Shown here one piece after another: positions 30,294-38,939 of a DNA stretch of 53,244 nt (positions are counted from its first letter, which is position 1; each line of letters opens with the position of its first letter). Source of the DNA: an uncultured Candidatus Planktophila sp. Its GTDB lineage: Bacteria; Actinomycetota; Actinomycetes; Nanopelagicales; Nanopelagicaceae. Under the pieces are notes generated by a model. The model searched no databases and was not told the origin of the DNA. It saw nothing but the letters and a program-made list of their open reading frames with translations. The translations under genes were made by a program, and so were the position numbers. Location: positions 1 through 53,244 of the forward strand of contig CALMJL010000129.1 in NCBI GenBank assembly GCA_937864425.1, in the 5' to 3' direction.

Positions 30294-31159
30294 TGCGAGG
30301 TAACTATCGGGGCTATCGCATGCTCTTGGTGCATGCACATCCTGATGATGAAACAATTAATAATGGCGCAACGATGGCGATGTATGCCGCTCTTGGCGCT
30401 GAAGTCACTCTCATCACCTGTACTCGCGGCGAAGAAGGTGAAGTGCTTATTCCAGAATTAGCTCATCTCGCTGCCAATCAGAGTGATGCGCTTGGACCAC
30501 ATCGCGAGATTGAATTAGCAGATGCAATGCGCGCACTGGGAGTGAGCGATCATCGATTTCTTGGAACAGAATCACTTAAGTTTCGTGACAGTGGAATGAT
30601 GGGAACAGAGCCAAACAATCGCCCTGATGTTTTTTGGCAAGCGCAGGTTGATAGCGCCGCGGATCTTCTGGTAACAGTGATTGATGAGATTAAGCCGCAT
30701 GTGTTGATTACCTACGATGAGTTTGGTGGATATGGCCATCCTGATCACATTCAAGCCCACCGAGTCGCGATGCGGGCTAGCGAAAAATCAGAGTGGCAGA
30801 TCCCCAAGATTTATTGGAATGTAATGCCAAAGTCGGTGATTCAATCGGGAATCGATGCCATGAAAAAAGTGGGTTCAGATTTTATGGGGGTCGAAAGCGC
30901 TGACGAGCTTCCCTTCGCTAAGGATGATTCCTTTGTCCACGCATTAATTGATGGAAATAAGTACGTCGATAAAAAGATGGATGCCATGCGCGCCCATGCA
31001 ACGCAAATATCTGTAGATGGACCCTTCTTCGCACTCTCTGACAATGTGGGCTTACAAATTTGGGGAAATGAGTACTACACACTGGTTCGTGGAGCGAAAG
31101 CAGAACCCATCGATGAACAAGGTCGTGAAACCGATTTATTTGCAGGCATAGCGCTGTGA
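30293..31159 (+). CDS. mshB: GlcNAc-Ins deacetylase (mycothiol biosynthesis)
   Basis: [52 protein letters not shown]. Confidence 0.93.
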   Translation: MRGNYRGYRMLLVHAHPDDETINNGATMAMYAALGAEVTLITCTRGEEGEVLIPELAHLAANQSDALGPHREIELADAMRALGVSDHRFLGTESLKFRDSGMMGTEPNNRPDVFWQAQVDSAADLLVTVIDEIKPHVLITYDEFGGYGHPDHIQAHRVAMRASEKSEWQIPKIYWNVMPKSVIQSGIDAMKKVGSDFMGVESADELPFAKDDSFVHALIDGNKYVDKKMDAMRAHATQISVDGPFFALSDNVGLQIWGNEYYTLVRGAKAEPIDEQGRETDLFAGIAL

Positions 31160-31467
31160 AATTTTTGCTCTCCATTGCGCTAGGTGCGCTCACTGCGCTA
31201 GGTGCCACGTTGATACACCCATCAATTCCGCCACTCGGTGTCATCGTTGCGATCACAGCGACGTATGTATTGATTTGGTGGATTGGACGGCATTATGGAA
31301 AGCGTCGTTATCGTATCTACGCGCTGCTGGCATGGATTTTTGTGATCATGCGCGCAGGTTCTTTTGGTGTTGGTCAAGAATTACTCATCCAAGGGGATAC
31401 TGCAGGAAGCGCACTGCTCACACTTGGATTTGTGGCAGGACTGTTGGCAATTTTTCGTAAGGTTTAG
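31156..31467 (+). CDS. Small membrane protein (DUF6113-like) downstream of mshB
   Basis: 103 aa with about 4 hydrophobic segments; GTGA overlap with mshB; family assigned from synteny only. Confidence 0.65.
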   Translation: MKFLLSIALGALTALGATLIHPSIPPLGVIVAITATYVLIWWIGRHYGKRRYRIYALLAWIFVIMRAGSFGVGQELLIQGDTAGSALLTLGFVAGLLAIFRKV

Positions 31468-33050
31468 AGCCAACTCCAACTTTGTCCTTCGGGACCATCT
31501 TTAATTTCTAATCCCAACTCTTTCAGTTCATCACGAAGATCATCGCTGCGCTTCCAATCTTTCGCTGCACGCGCACTTGCTCGAGCATCGAGCAGCGCTT
31601 GTGCACCTTCAGGTAGCGGCTTGATCTCATCAACTCGATCCAGATCGAGTCCAAGTACTTGATCTGCATAGAGAAAGATGGCGCGCTTATCCAGCGAACC
31701 CATAGACGCGTCTTTTTCAATGGTGCGAAGTCTTTGCATGGCACGAGGAGTATCAAGATCTTGCGTCAGCGCGCTATTTATCTCTGCATCAAATTTCAGA
31801 TCGTTGGAATTTCCCCAGCTTTGCACAGCGGTGCGCCAACGGCGCAATGTGGCATGAGCTGCTTCAAGAGATGCCCAACTTAAATCCATTTGTGAGCGAT
31901 ATCTATTTTCGAGCAATGAAAAGCGAAGTGCGAGTGGATCTAACCCGCGATCAATCACATCCTGCAAGAGCACTACATTGCCAGCGCTTTTTGACATTTT
32001 GCGCCCTTCAAAAAGTAAATGCTCGCCATGTACCCAGGTGTCAACGGTTTCGTTTCCGGTGAGCGCATTGGATTGGGCGCGTTCATTTTCATGATGCGGA
32101 AAGCGCAGATCGATTCCACCCACATGCACATCAACGTGTGCGTTTAACATATTGATTGACATCACGCTGCATTCGATATGCCAGCCGGGAAAACCTTTGC
32201 CCCACGGTGCATCCCAAATCATCTCGGTGCGTCCACCCGCTACTTTCCAGAGCGCCCAATCGGCATGGAAACGTTTTCCACCTTCATCGGTGTACTCATA
32301 GCGATGCCCAGGTTTGAGGGAATCTAATTTGTTTCCGCTTATTGCACCGTAGCTAGATACAGATGCAGCATCAAAGTAGACCGAACCATCAGTGCCTACA
32401 TACGCGTGCTGTGTATTTATTAATTTTTCAATTGCGCCGATCATCTGATTCATGTTTTCTGATGCCTTGGGATAGGCATCTGCGCGCACAACATTGAGCC
32501 GCTTTAAATCATGGTGGAAACGAGATTCATAGCGCTTGGCAATCTCAAATGGATCGGTACGGGTTCGCTTTGCCTCAGCTAACATTTTGTCTTCGCCGGT
32601 TTCGACAAAATCATCGGCCATATGTCCAACATCAGTAATATTTTGTATCAGGCACACTTCCAAACCCGTTAAACGAAGAGTTCGTGCAATCAAATCTGCC
32701 AATAAGAATGTCCGCAAATTTCCGACGTGTGCATCCCGATACACCGTGGGACCACAGCAGTACATCGTGACTTTCCCATCCGAATGAGAAATTTCTTTCA
32801 CTTCTCGAGACATGGTGTCGTACATCGATAAGGTGCCTTGAGAAATATCGCGACGATTGAATACGGGGATTTCTCTCATGACTGCGATGTCATCTGGGTT
32901 AAATGTCACCACTTCGCCGCGGCGGTTGATGAGTTCTGTCTCACTCTGTACAACACCAACTAAGTCCCGAAACCCTCCATCTGAATCGCGCAGCCGCAAG
33001 GTGGCGCGTTTGCCGAGGGCGGCAATTAATTGGGGGCGAATATCGCTCAC
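31464..33050 (-). CDS. cysS: Cysteine--tRNA ligase with extra N-terminal domain
   Basis: CGPTVY..AHVGN, NITDVGH, PGWHIECS, DLRFPHHENE, KMSKS and a C-terminal anticodon-binding helix (ARAAKDWKRSDDLRD). Start GTG 33050 supported by -10 TACTGT 6 nt upstream. Confidence 0.92.
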   Translation of the reverse strand: MSDIRPQLIAALGKRATLRLRDSDGGFRDLVGVVQSETELINRRGEVVTFNPDDIAVMREIPVFNRRDISQGTLSMYDTMSREVKEISHSDGKVTMYCCGPTVYRDAHVGNLRTFLLADLIARTLRLTGLEVCLIQNITDVGHMADDFVETGEDKMLAEAKRTRTDPFEIAKRYESRFHHDLKRLNVVRADAYPKASENMNQMIGAIEKLINTQHAYVGTDGSVYFDAASVSSYGAISGNKLDSLKPGHRYEYTDEGGKRFHADWALWKVAGGRTEMIWDAPWGKGFPGWHIECSVMSINMLNAHVDVHVGGIDLRFPHHENERAQSNALTGNETVDTWVHGEHLLFEGRKMSKSAGNVVLLQDVIDRGLDPLALRFSLLENRYRSQMDLSWASLEAAHATLRRWRTAVQSWGNSNDLKFDAEINSALTQDLDTPRAMQRLRTIEKDASMGSLDKRAIFLYADQVLGLDLDRVDEIKPLPEGAQALLDARASARAAKDWKRSDDLRDELKELGLEIKDGPEGQSWSWL

Positions 33051-33100
33051 GCCATAACAGTAATCGTGCGCTGCCCTGCCTGCATGGCTAGAATTACGGC
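33051..33100. promoter_or_regulatory. Divergent leaderless promoters for cysS (-) and fdxA (+)
   Basis: TAGAAT 6 nt before ATG 33101; minus-strand TACTGT 6 nt before GTG 33050. Confidence 0.7.
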
Positions 33101-33421
33101 ATGACTTATGTAATTGCCGAACCATGCGTTGATGTGAAGGACAAATCCTGTCGCGAGGAGTGCCCAGTAGATTGCATTTACGATGGCAATCGCATGCTCT
33201 ATATCCAGCCTGACGAATGCGTGGATTGCGGTGCCTGCGAACCGGTCTGCCCAGTAGAAGCCATTTACTACGAAGATGATGTGCCCGGGCAGTGGCAGAG
33301 CTATAAGAAAATCAATACAGAATTCTTTATCGAACTCGGTTCACCTGGAGGAGCATCCAAAGTCGGTGAAACAAAGACCGATCACCCAGATGTAACTGCT
33401 CTTGCGCCAAAAACTTCCTGA
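33101..33421 (+). CDS. fdxA: 7Fe ferredoxin
   Basis: MTYVIAEPCVDVKDKSC..ECPVDCIY and CVDCGACEPVCP. Confidence 0.96.
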   Translation: MTYVIAEPCVDVKDKSCREECPVDCIYDGNRMLYIQPDECVDCGACEPVCPVEAIYYEDDVPGQWQSYKKINTEFFIELGSPGGASKVGETKTDHPDVTALAPKTS

Positions 33422-34475
33422 TTTTCCGTGGGATGCACTTGCTCCCTACGGAGTAATTGCTCGTAACCACCCCGCAGGTGCAATCGATTTATCTGTTGGC
33501 ACACCGGTCGACCCGACACCCGCATTCATCCAAAATGCACTCACTCGACATGCTAATTCACCGGGTTATCCCGTTACTGCCGGAACTGTCGAACTTCGTG
33601 AAACTTTAGAAAAGTGGGCGCGTCAGCGCCTCGGTGCACAAGGAGATATTGGAGTTCTTCCTGTCATTGGTTCAAAAGAATTGGTGGCATGGTTACCCAC
33701 TTTGCTTGAGTCGCAGCAAGTTCTCTTTCCCAAGATTGCCTATCCCACATATCTTGTAGGTGCTTTACTTGCAAAGGCGCAACCAACGGCAGTTGATATT
33801 GATGCACAGACATGGCCTGCAGCAGATTTAGCTTGGGTGAATTCACCTTCTAATCCCACCGGCAGAGTTCACTCAGAAGCAGAATTACGAGCAGCTATTG
33901 CTTGGTCACGAAAAAATAATTCGGTAGTGGTCTCTGATGAGTGTTATCTGGAATTTGGCGATGGCAGCGCACCCACCTCGATTTTGCAATACACAGATGG
34001 AGATAATCGCAATATTCTGGCCGTTCATTCGCTTTCAAAACGATCTTCCTTAGCAGGTTACCGCGCTGCGTTTGTTGTTGGTGACCCGGCAATCATTGCG
34101 CGCATGTTAGAGGTGAGAAAACATGCAGGAATGATGGTGCCACTTCCAGTTCAACACGCGATGGTTGCGGCGTTATCTGATGATGTTCATGTTGGCGAAC
34201 AACGGAGTCGTTACAACGCGCGCAGAGCTATCTTGCGTCCGGCTCTTCAGAGCGCTGGATTTTCCATCGAACATTCAGATGCTGGTTTATATATTTGGGC
34301 AACGCGCCATGAAGATTGCTGGGACTCAATCACGTGGCTGGCAGAACGCGGAATTCTCGCTACTCCAGGCGTATTTTATGGTGATGCCGGTGCCCGCCAT
34401 ATTCGCATAGCCATGACAGCAACAGATGAACAGATTGCGGAAGCTGCAGCTCGCATTATTGCGGAAGCGCGTTAG
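33402..34475 (+). CDS. dapC: Succinyldiaminopimelate transaminase
   Basis: LPDFPWD, DLSVGTPVD, NSPSNPTG, SDECY, HSLSKRS (PLP Lys); fdxA-dapC synteny. Confidence 0.94.
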   Translation: MRQKLPDFPWDALAPYGVIARNHPAGAIDLSVGTPVDPTPAFIQNALTRHANSPGYPVTAGTVELRETLEKWARQRLGAQGDIGVLPVIGSKELVAWLPTLLESQQVLFPKIAYPTYLVGALLAKAQPTAVDIDAQTWPAADLAWVNSPSNPTGRVHSEAELRAAIAWSRKNNSVVVSDECYLEFGDGSAPTSILQYTDGDNRNILAVHSLSKRSSLAGYRAAFVVGDPAIIARMLEVRKHAGMMVPLPVQHAMVAALSDDVHVGEQRSRYNARRAILRPALQSAGFSIEHSDAGLYIWATRHEDCWDSITWLAERGILATPGVFYGDAGARHIRIAMTATDEQIAEAAARIIAEAR

Positions 34476-34484
34476 GAGTTTGCC

Positions 34485-35441
34485 GTGACTGTAGGAATTT
34501 TATTAGTGGGTGGATTCGGGACTCGCCTGAAACCACTGACCAATGAATCTCCAAAACCGATGTTGCCAGTTGCTGGTCTGCCAGTGACAGAGCACCAAAT
34601 CATGGCAGCTAAGAGAGCAGGAATTCATACACTTGTTCTGGCAACATCATATTTAGCAGAAGTTTTCACCCCTTATTTTGGCGATGGTTCCAAGTGGGGG
34701 ATATCTATTAAATATGCAGTTGAAAAAGAGCCGCTCGGAACAGGTGGCGCAATCCGAAACGCTGCAGAATTATTGGGGCGAGATGAAGATGTAGTGATAT
34801 TCAATGGGGATGTATTAAGTCGCCACGATATTGCTTCACAAATTGCATTCCATCAAAAGGTGCAGGCAGATGTCACACTTCATCTGATTCGAGTTGCAGA
34901 TGCGCGCGCATTTGGATGCGTGCCACTGGATAGCTCTGGCAAAGTCACGGCATTCTTAGAGAAAATGGAAAATCCAGTCACGAATCTCATTAACGCCGGA
35001 TGCTATGTATTCTCCCCAAATATCATTGATCAGATTCCATTCAATGAAGTTGTCAGCGTTGAACGTCAGACCTTCCCTGCATTGGTAGCAGCAGGACGCC
35101 CCATCTATGGGTATGAAGACCAGTCATATTGGCTTGATGTAGGAACTCCAGCAGCGCTCTTTCAAGGATCGCGCGATCTCATCACCGGTGATTTCCAGGC
35201 GATGCCAGGATGCGATATCGCAACCGATGCGCGCATCTTTGGCCATTCTTCGATTGGTGCGCGCTGCCGGATAGAAAGCGGCGTATCGATAGAAGATTGC
35301 ATTATTGGTGATGATGTTGTGATTGGGGCGAGAACCTCGCTTTCCCACACATTTGTGGCGCATGGATCATCGATATCTGCGGGGGAATCCCATCAGAATC
35401 GCTACATATCGCCGAGCGAAAATCTGCCGATTCCCGGCTGA
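34485..35441 (+). CDS. NDP-sugar pyrophosphorylase (mannose-1-phosphate guanylyltransferase type)
   Basis: LVGGFGTRLKPLT..PKPMLP, EPLGTGG, NGD, FLEK, INAGCY, YWLDVGTP, C-terminal hexapeptide region; upstream of whiB as for Rv3264c. Confidence 0.88.
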   Translation: MTVGILLVGGFGTRLKPLTNESPKPMLPVAGLPVTEHQIMAAKRAGIHTLVLATSYLAEVFTPYFGDGSKWGISIKYAVEKEPLGTGGAIRNAAELLGRDEDVVIFNGDVLSRHDIASQIAFHQKVQADVTLHLIRVADARAFGCVPLDSSGKVTAFLEKMENPVTNLINAGCYVFSPNIIDQIPFNEVVSVERQTFPALVAAGRPIYGYEDQSYWLDVGTPAALFQGSRDLITGDFQAMPGCDIATDARIFGHSSIGARCRIESGVSIEDCIIGDDVVIGARTSLSHTFVAHGSSISAGESHQNRYISPSENLPIPG

Positions 35442-35467
35442 AAATCTCAAAAAGTCTCGCTACCGAG

Positions 35468-35498
35468 TTGACTCAGAGGGATTACACGGGTGTAATTC
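35468..35498 (+). promoter_or_regulatory. whiB promoter with palindromic McdR/BldO-type operator
   Basis: TTGACT at 35468; GATTACACGGGTGTAATT at 35480-35497 (perfect ATTACAC-N2-GTGTAAT), one mismatch from the mycobacterial McdR motif AATnACAnnnnTGTnATT. Confidence 0.72.
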
Positions 35499-35557
35499 TC
35501 CGTAAGAGCCAAGCAATTACTACGAAATTGCGGCCCATGACTTGAGGAGATTCGCGC

Positions 35558-35866
35558 ATGCCGATCCGCCCAGAAGGTACATCGACTGGCAAGCCATCAG
35601 CCCCCACTGCTGGACCAACTATTCAACTCGCAAGTGGAGAGAATCTAGAACTCTCCTGGCAAGAGCGCTCACTCTGCGCGCAGACTGATCCCGAAGCATT
35701 CTTTCCTGAAAAAGGTGGATCAACTCGCGAAGCAAAGCGAGTGTGCCTTGCATGTGATGTTCGTCAAGAATGTCTCGAATATGCGCTCGCACACGATGAG
35801 CGCTTCGGCATTTGGGGCGGACTATCTGAGCGTGAACGCCGCCGTCTCAAGCGTCGTCCTGCTTAA
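35558..35866 (+). CDS. whiB: WhiB family Fe-S transcription factor (WhiB/WhiB2 orthologue)
   Basis: WQERSLCAQTDPEAFFPEKGGSTREAKRVC..C....ECLEYAL...ERFGIWGGLSERERR; GAGGAG SD. Confidence 0.96.
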   Translation: MPIRPEGTSTGKPSAPTAGPTIQLASGENLELSWQERSLCAQTDPEAFFPEKGGSTREAKRVCLACDVRQECLEYALAHDERFGIWGGLSERERRRLKRRPA

Positions 35867-35909
35867 ACACAACGAATTCACTCATCGCACTACGCGATAA
35901 GTTTCCCTT

Positions 35910-38900
35910 ATGAGTACGCAACGCGTAACTGCGATTCTCGTTGTTCACGATGGAGCAACATGGTTACCCGAAACTGTTGCGTCAATTGCATCTCAAACTC
36001 GAAGCGCAGATCGCGTCATTGCAATCGATACTGGATCTGTCGACTCTTCAACTAAATTATTAAAAGGTGCGCGCATTCCAGTTATCTCAATGGATCGCGA
36101 AGTTGGTTTTGGTGAAGCTGTCACACACGCGGTATCACAACTACCTCCAACTACTGATTCACAAAGTGAATGGCTCTGGATCTTGCATGACGATTGTGCA
36201 TTAGATAAAAACGCTTTGGAATACTTATTGCAGGCTGTTGCTGAAAGACCAAATGTTGCTGTTGCCGGACCCAAATTACTTGGTTGGCACGATCGCACTC
36301 ATTTACTTGAAGTGGGCATCAGCCTTGCCACAAATGGTGCTCGCTGGACTGGACTTGAACCCAATGAATATGACCAAGGTCAACGCGATGGAATTCATGA
36401 AGTCCTCGCAGTCAGCACTGCTGGAGCGTTGATTCGTCGGGATGTGTATGAAGAGTTAGGTGGGTTTGATAAAAATTTAGAACTCTTTCGTGATGATGTT
36501 GATTTTGGCTGGCGCGCTCGAGTCGCAGGACATTCAGTCATCATCGTCACCGCTGCCCGAGGATTTCATGCTCAGGCATCGGCTACTGAAAGGCGTAACG
36601 TGGATGTTAAGGGTGCACTTTTGCATCGACCATTACTTCTTGATCGTCGTAATGCGGCCTACGTGCTCCTTGCAAATTCAAGTATCTGGATACTTCCTTT
36701 GCTTGTTATACAACTATTGGCAGGATCAATCTTTCGATCCATCGGATATCTCTTTGCCAAATTGCCTGGCTATGCAAGCGACGAGATTTTGGCGGTGCTG
36801 TCACTTATCATCAAACCTGCAGAATTGATTGCAGCGCGGAGAGCGCGCAAACTCAACCGTTTTATTTCTAGCCGAGTCATTGCTCCTTTTATTCCTTCGC
36901 GCTATCAACAATTTCGTAGTTCGCTTACTCGTGCCATTGAATCGTTCAGAGTTAAGTTGTTGCCTGATCACAGCGAAGTTGCGGCAACTTCTGCCCTTGA
37001 AATTAATGAAGATGAAGACCTACTTACTCCTGCTGCGGGTCATTCATGGTTTCGAATCTTTACGCAGCCAATCGTTGCGGTTGCAACAGTTGTCGTTGCG
37101 CTTTCTCTCGTGTGGAGCAGGCACCGCTTCGGCAGCCTCTCCGGCGGTGCGCTTGCGCTCTCGCCGCAAAATTCTGTGGATCTTTTTAAGTTGTATATCG
37201 CGAGCTGGCATGACGTTGCGATGGGGAGTGGGTTATCAACTCCTTTCTGGGTAGTTCTGGTCGGCATCGCATCATTTCTCACCCTTGGAAATGTGGCGCT
37301 TTTTATCTCGCTCCTTTTCCTTGCTGCGCCCTTACTTTTACTCCTATCTGCACATCGCTTTCTCAAGCGGTTCTCATCTAATGGCTGGCTTACTGCAGGA
37401 GCAGGTGCCCTCTATGCGTTCTCGCCCATTTCTATAGCTGCGATTAATTCAGGACGCCTCGGCTTGCTGATATTCCTACTGGGCGCACCCTTTGCATTAC
37501 AAGCACTTTTATATTGGCATGAAATACATACCTGGTCATTGCGAAAAATTTCTGGAACAACGCTTCTGATTTGGCTGCTGTACTCATTTAATCCATCAGT
37601 GCTTCTCATGATAGCAAGCGCGATCTTCTTCTCAGCAGCTCGGGATTATTCAAAAGCTGGAAAGAATTGGAGAGACCAAGAATTTCTCTCACGCATGACA
37701 AGATACGCAACTTTGCTCTTTGTTCCCTTCCTGCTCGAGGCACCACACTCGTTTTCAATCTTTATTCGCCCACAAAAACTGGTGGGTGAAATTGGAATCC
37801 CAGTTGCAGGCGGCGGTCCCAATATGGCGTTCTTATCAAATCTGGGGGGACTCGGATCACTTCCATGGTGGTGTGTCAGCCCACTAACTGTGGTGCTGAT
37901 GATTACTTTCTTCTCATCCACAGTTGCGCGCCGATTTGCAACTTTGGGAATAACTTTTTTACTTGCCGGAGTATTCCTTTCATCATTTGTGGCAATAGGT
38001 AACGGAACTACTGCTCCAAGCAGAGTCAGTTCTGGAACATTTATTGGCGCAGCGACGCTGCTTGCAATCGTTGCGGCTGTGGCCATGTTTGACAAAATCA
38101 AGGCACGCCTTGAAAAGTCTCACATTAATTATCGCCACGTTGCTATTGCTAGCGTTTTAGGTCTCACCTTTTTCTATTCAATAACTGCACTCTCTTGGCT
38201 GGTCACAGCAGGTGCAGATTCTCCGCTTCGGGCAACATCGAAAAAGGTGCTCCCTGCATTCTTAGCAATTGAAAAAGAAGCTAAAACTGTGGTGCTTCGC
38301 CCATATCGAGATAACGGCGATGTGACTTTGTCCTATTACATTTCGCGTGGGCGGCCTGTCACTCTCGGTGAACCCGATGTTGCGCCTGCCAATAACCGGG
38401 TGCTTTCGCAAGCGATTGAAGGTTTGGTCGATAACACCGGAGTTGCATCAAGTGCGATCTTGGCGAATTACGGAATTAAATATGTCTATCTTAAGAATCC
38501 AGTTCTCGAAGATGTTGCACAAACAATCGATGGACTAGGTGGTTTTAGTCGAACCTCAGCAACTAAGTCTGGAATTGTTTGGAAAGTTATTAAAGAAACG
38601 GGCCGTCTGACATTTGTAGACTACAGTGGAAAAGTCAGCGTGCTTCAATCACAAGGAGTTCGCGCATTCGTTGATAATCCTGGAACCTTGACTTTGGCTG
38701 AAACATACAGCGATGGATGGCAAGTATTCCAAGATGGATTCCGTGCTGCCAAAATTAAGAATGACAACGGACTACCAACTTTTGAAATTACATCTGGTGG
38801 CGAAATATCTATTGCACATGAAGGCCGTGTGCGAAGAGGGTGGATCTCATTCTTCATCATCGTTCTTACCACCATGATTGTGCTCGCACTCCCTGCAGGG

Positions 38901-38939
38901 CGTCGCAAGTCTCAAATCGCAGATAGGGAATTGGCATGA
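35910..38939 (+). CDS. Large glycosyltransferase: N-terminal GT2 domain, polytopic membrane region, extracytoplasmic domain
   Basis: VVHDGA.WL, WILHDDC, GPKL, DQGQ, DDVDFGWR, then more than 10 hydrophobic segments; -10 TAAGTT 6 nt upstream. Confidence 0.88.
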   Translation: MSTQRVTAILVVHDGATWLPETVASIASQTRSADRVIAIDTGSVDSSTKLLKGARIPVISMDREVGFGEAVTHAVSQLPPTTDSQSEWLWILHDDCALDKNALEYLLQAVAERPNVAVAGPKLLGWHDRTHLLEVGISLATNGARWTGLEPNEYDQGQRDGIHEVLAVSTAGALIRRDVYEELGGFDKNLELFRDDVDFGWRARVAGHSVIIVTAARGFHAQASATERRNVDVKGALLHRPLLLDRRNAAYVLLANSSIWILPLLVIQLLAGSIFRSIGYLFAKLPGYASDEILAVLSLIIKPAELIAARRARKLNRFISSRVIAPFIPSRYQQFRSSLTRAIESFRVKLLPDHSEVAATSALEINEDEDLLTPAAGHSWFRIFTQPIVAVATVVVALSLVWSRHRFGSLSGGALALSPQNSVDLFKLYIASWHDVAMGSGLSTPFWVVLVGIASFLTLGNVALFISLLFLAAPLLLLLSAHRFLKRFSSNGWLTAGAGALYAFSPISIAAINSGRLGLLIFLLGAPFALQALLYWHEIHTWSLRKISGTTLLIWLLYSFNPSVLLMIASAIFFSAARDYSKAGKNWRDQEFLSRMTRYATLLFVPFLLEAPHSFSIFIRPQKLVGEIGIPVAGGGPNMAFLSNLGGLGSLPWWCVSPLTVVLMITFFSSTVARRFATLGITFLLAGVFLSSFVAIGNGTTAPSRVSSGTFIGAATLLAIVAAVAMFDKIKARLEKSHINYRHVAIASVLGLTFFYSITALSWLVTAGADSPLRATSKKVLPAFLAIEKEAKTVVLRPYRDNGDVTLSYYISRGRPVTLGEPDVAPANNRVLSQAIEGLVDNTGVASSAILANYGIKYVYLKNPVLEDVAQTIDGLGGFSRTSATKSGIVWKVIKETGRLTFVDYSGKVSVLQSQGVRAFVDNPGTLTLAETYSDGWQVFQDGFRAAKIKNDNGLPTFEITSGGEISIAHEGRVRRGWISFFIIVLTTMIVLALPAGRRKSQIADRELA

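Noticed and set aside
31464-33050. Calling the CysRS-like gene mshC because it neighbours mshB
   Set aside because: It has HVGN (MshC has HLGH) and a full C-terminal anticodon-binding region that MshC lacks.
33051-33125. ORF-track 5' extensions (cysS 33125, TetR 29091, moeZ 29031, birA 8393, DUF3117 17687, htrA 20025, mtrB 44067, accA 6078)
   Set aside because: They overlap neighbouring genes or promoters; downstream starts have correctly spaced -10 boxes, SDs or stop/start coupling.
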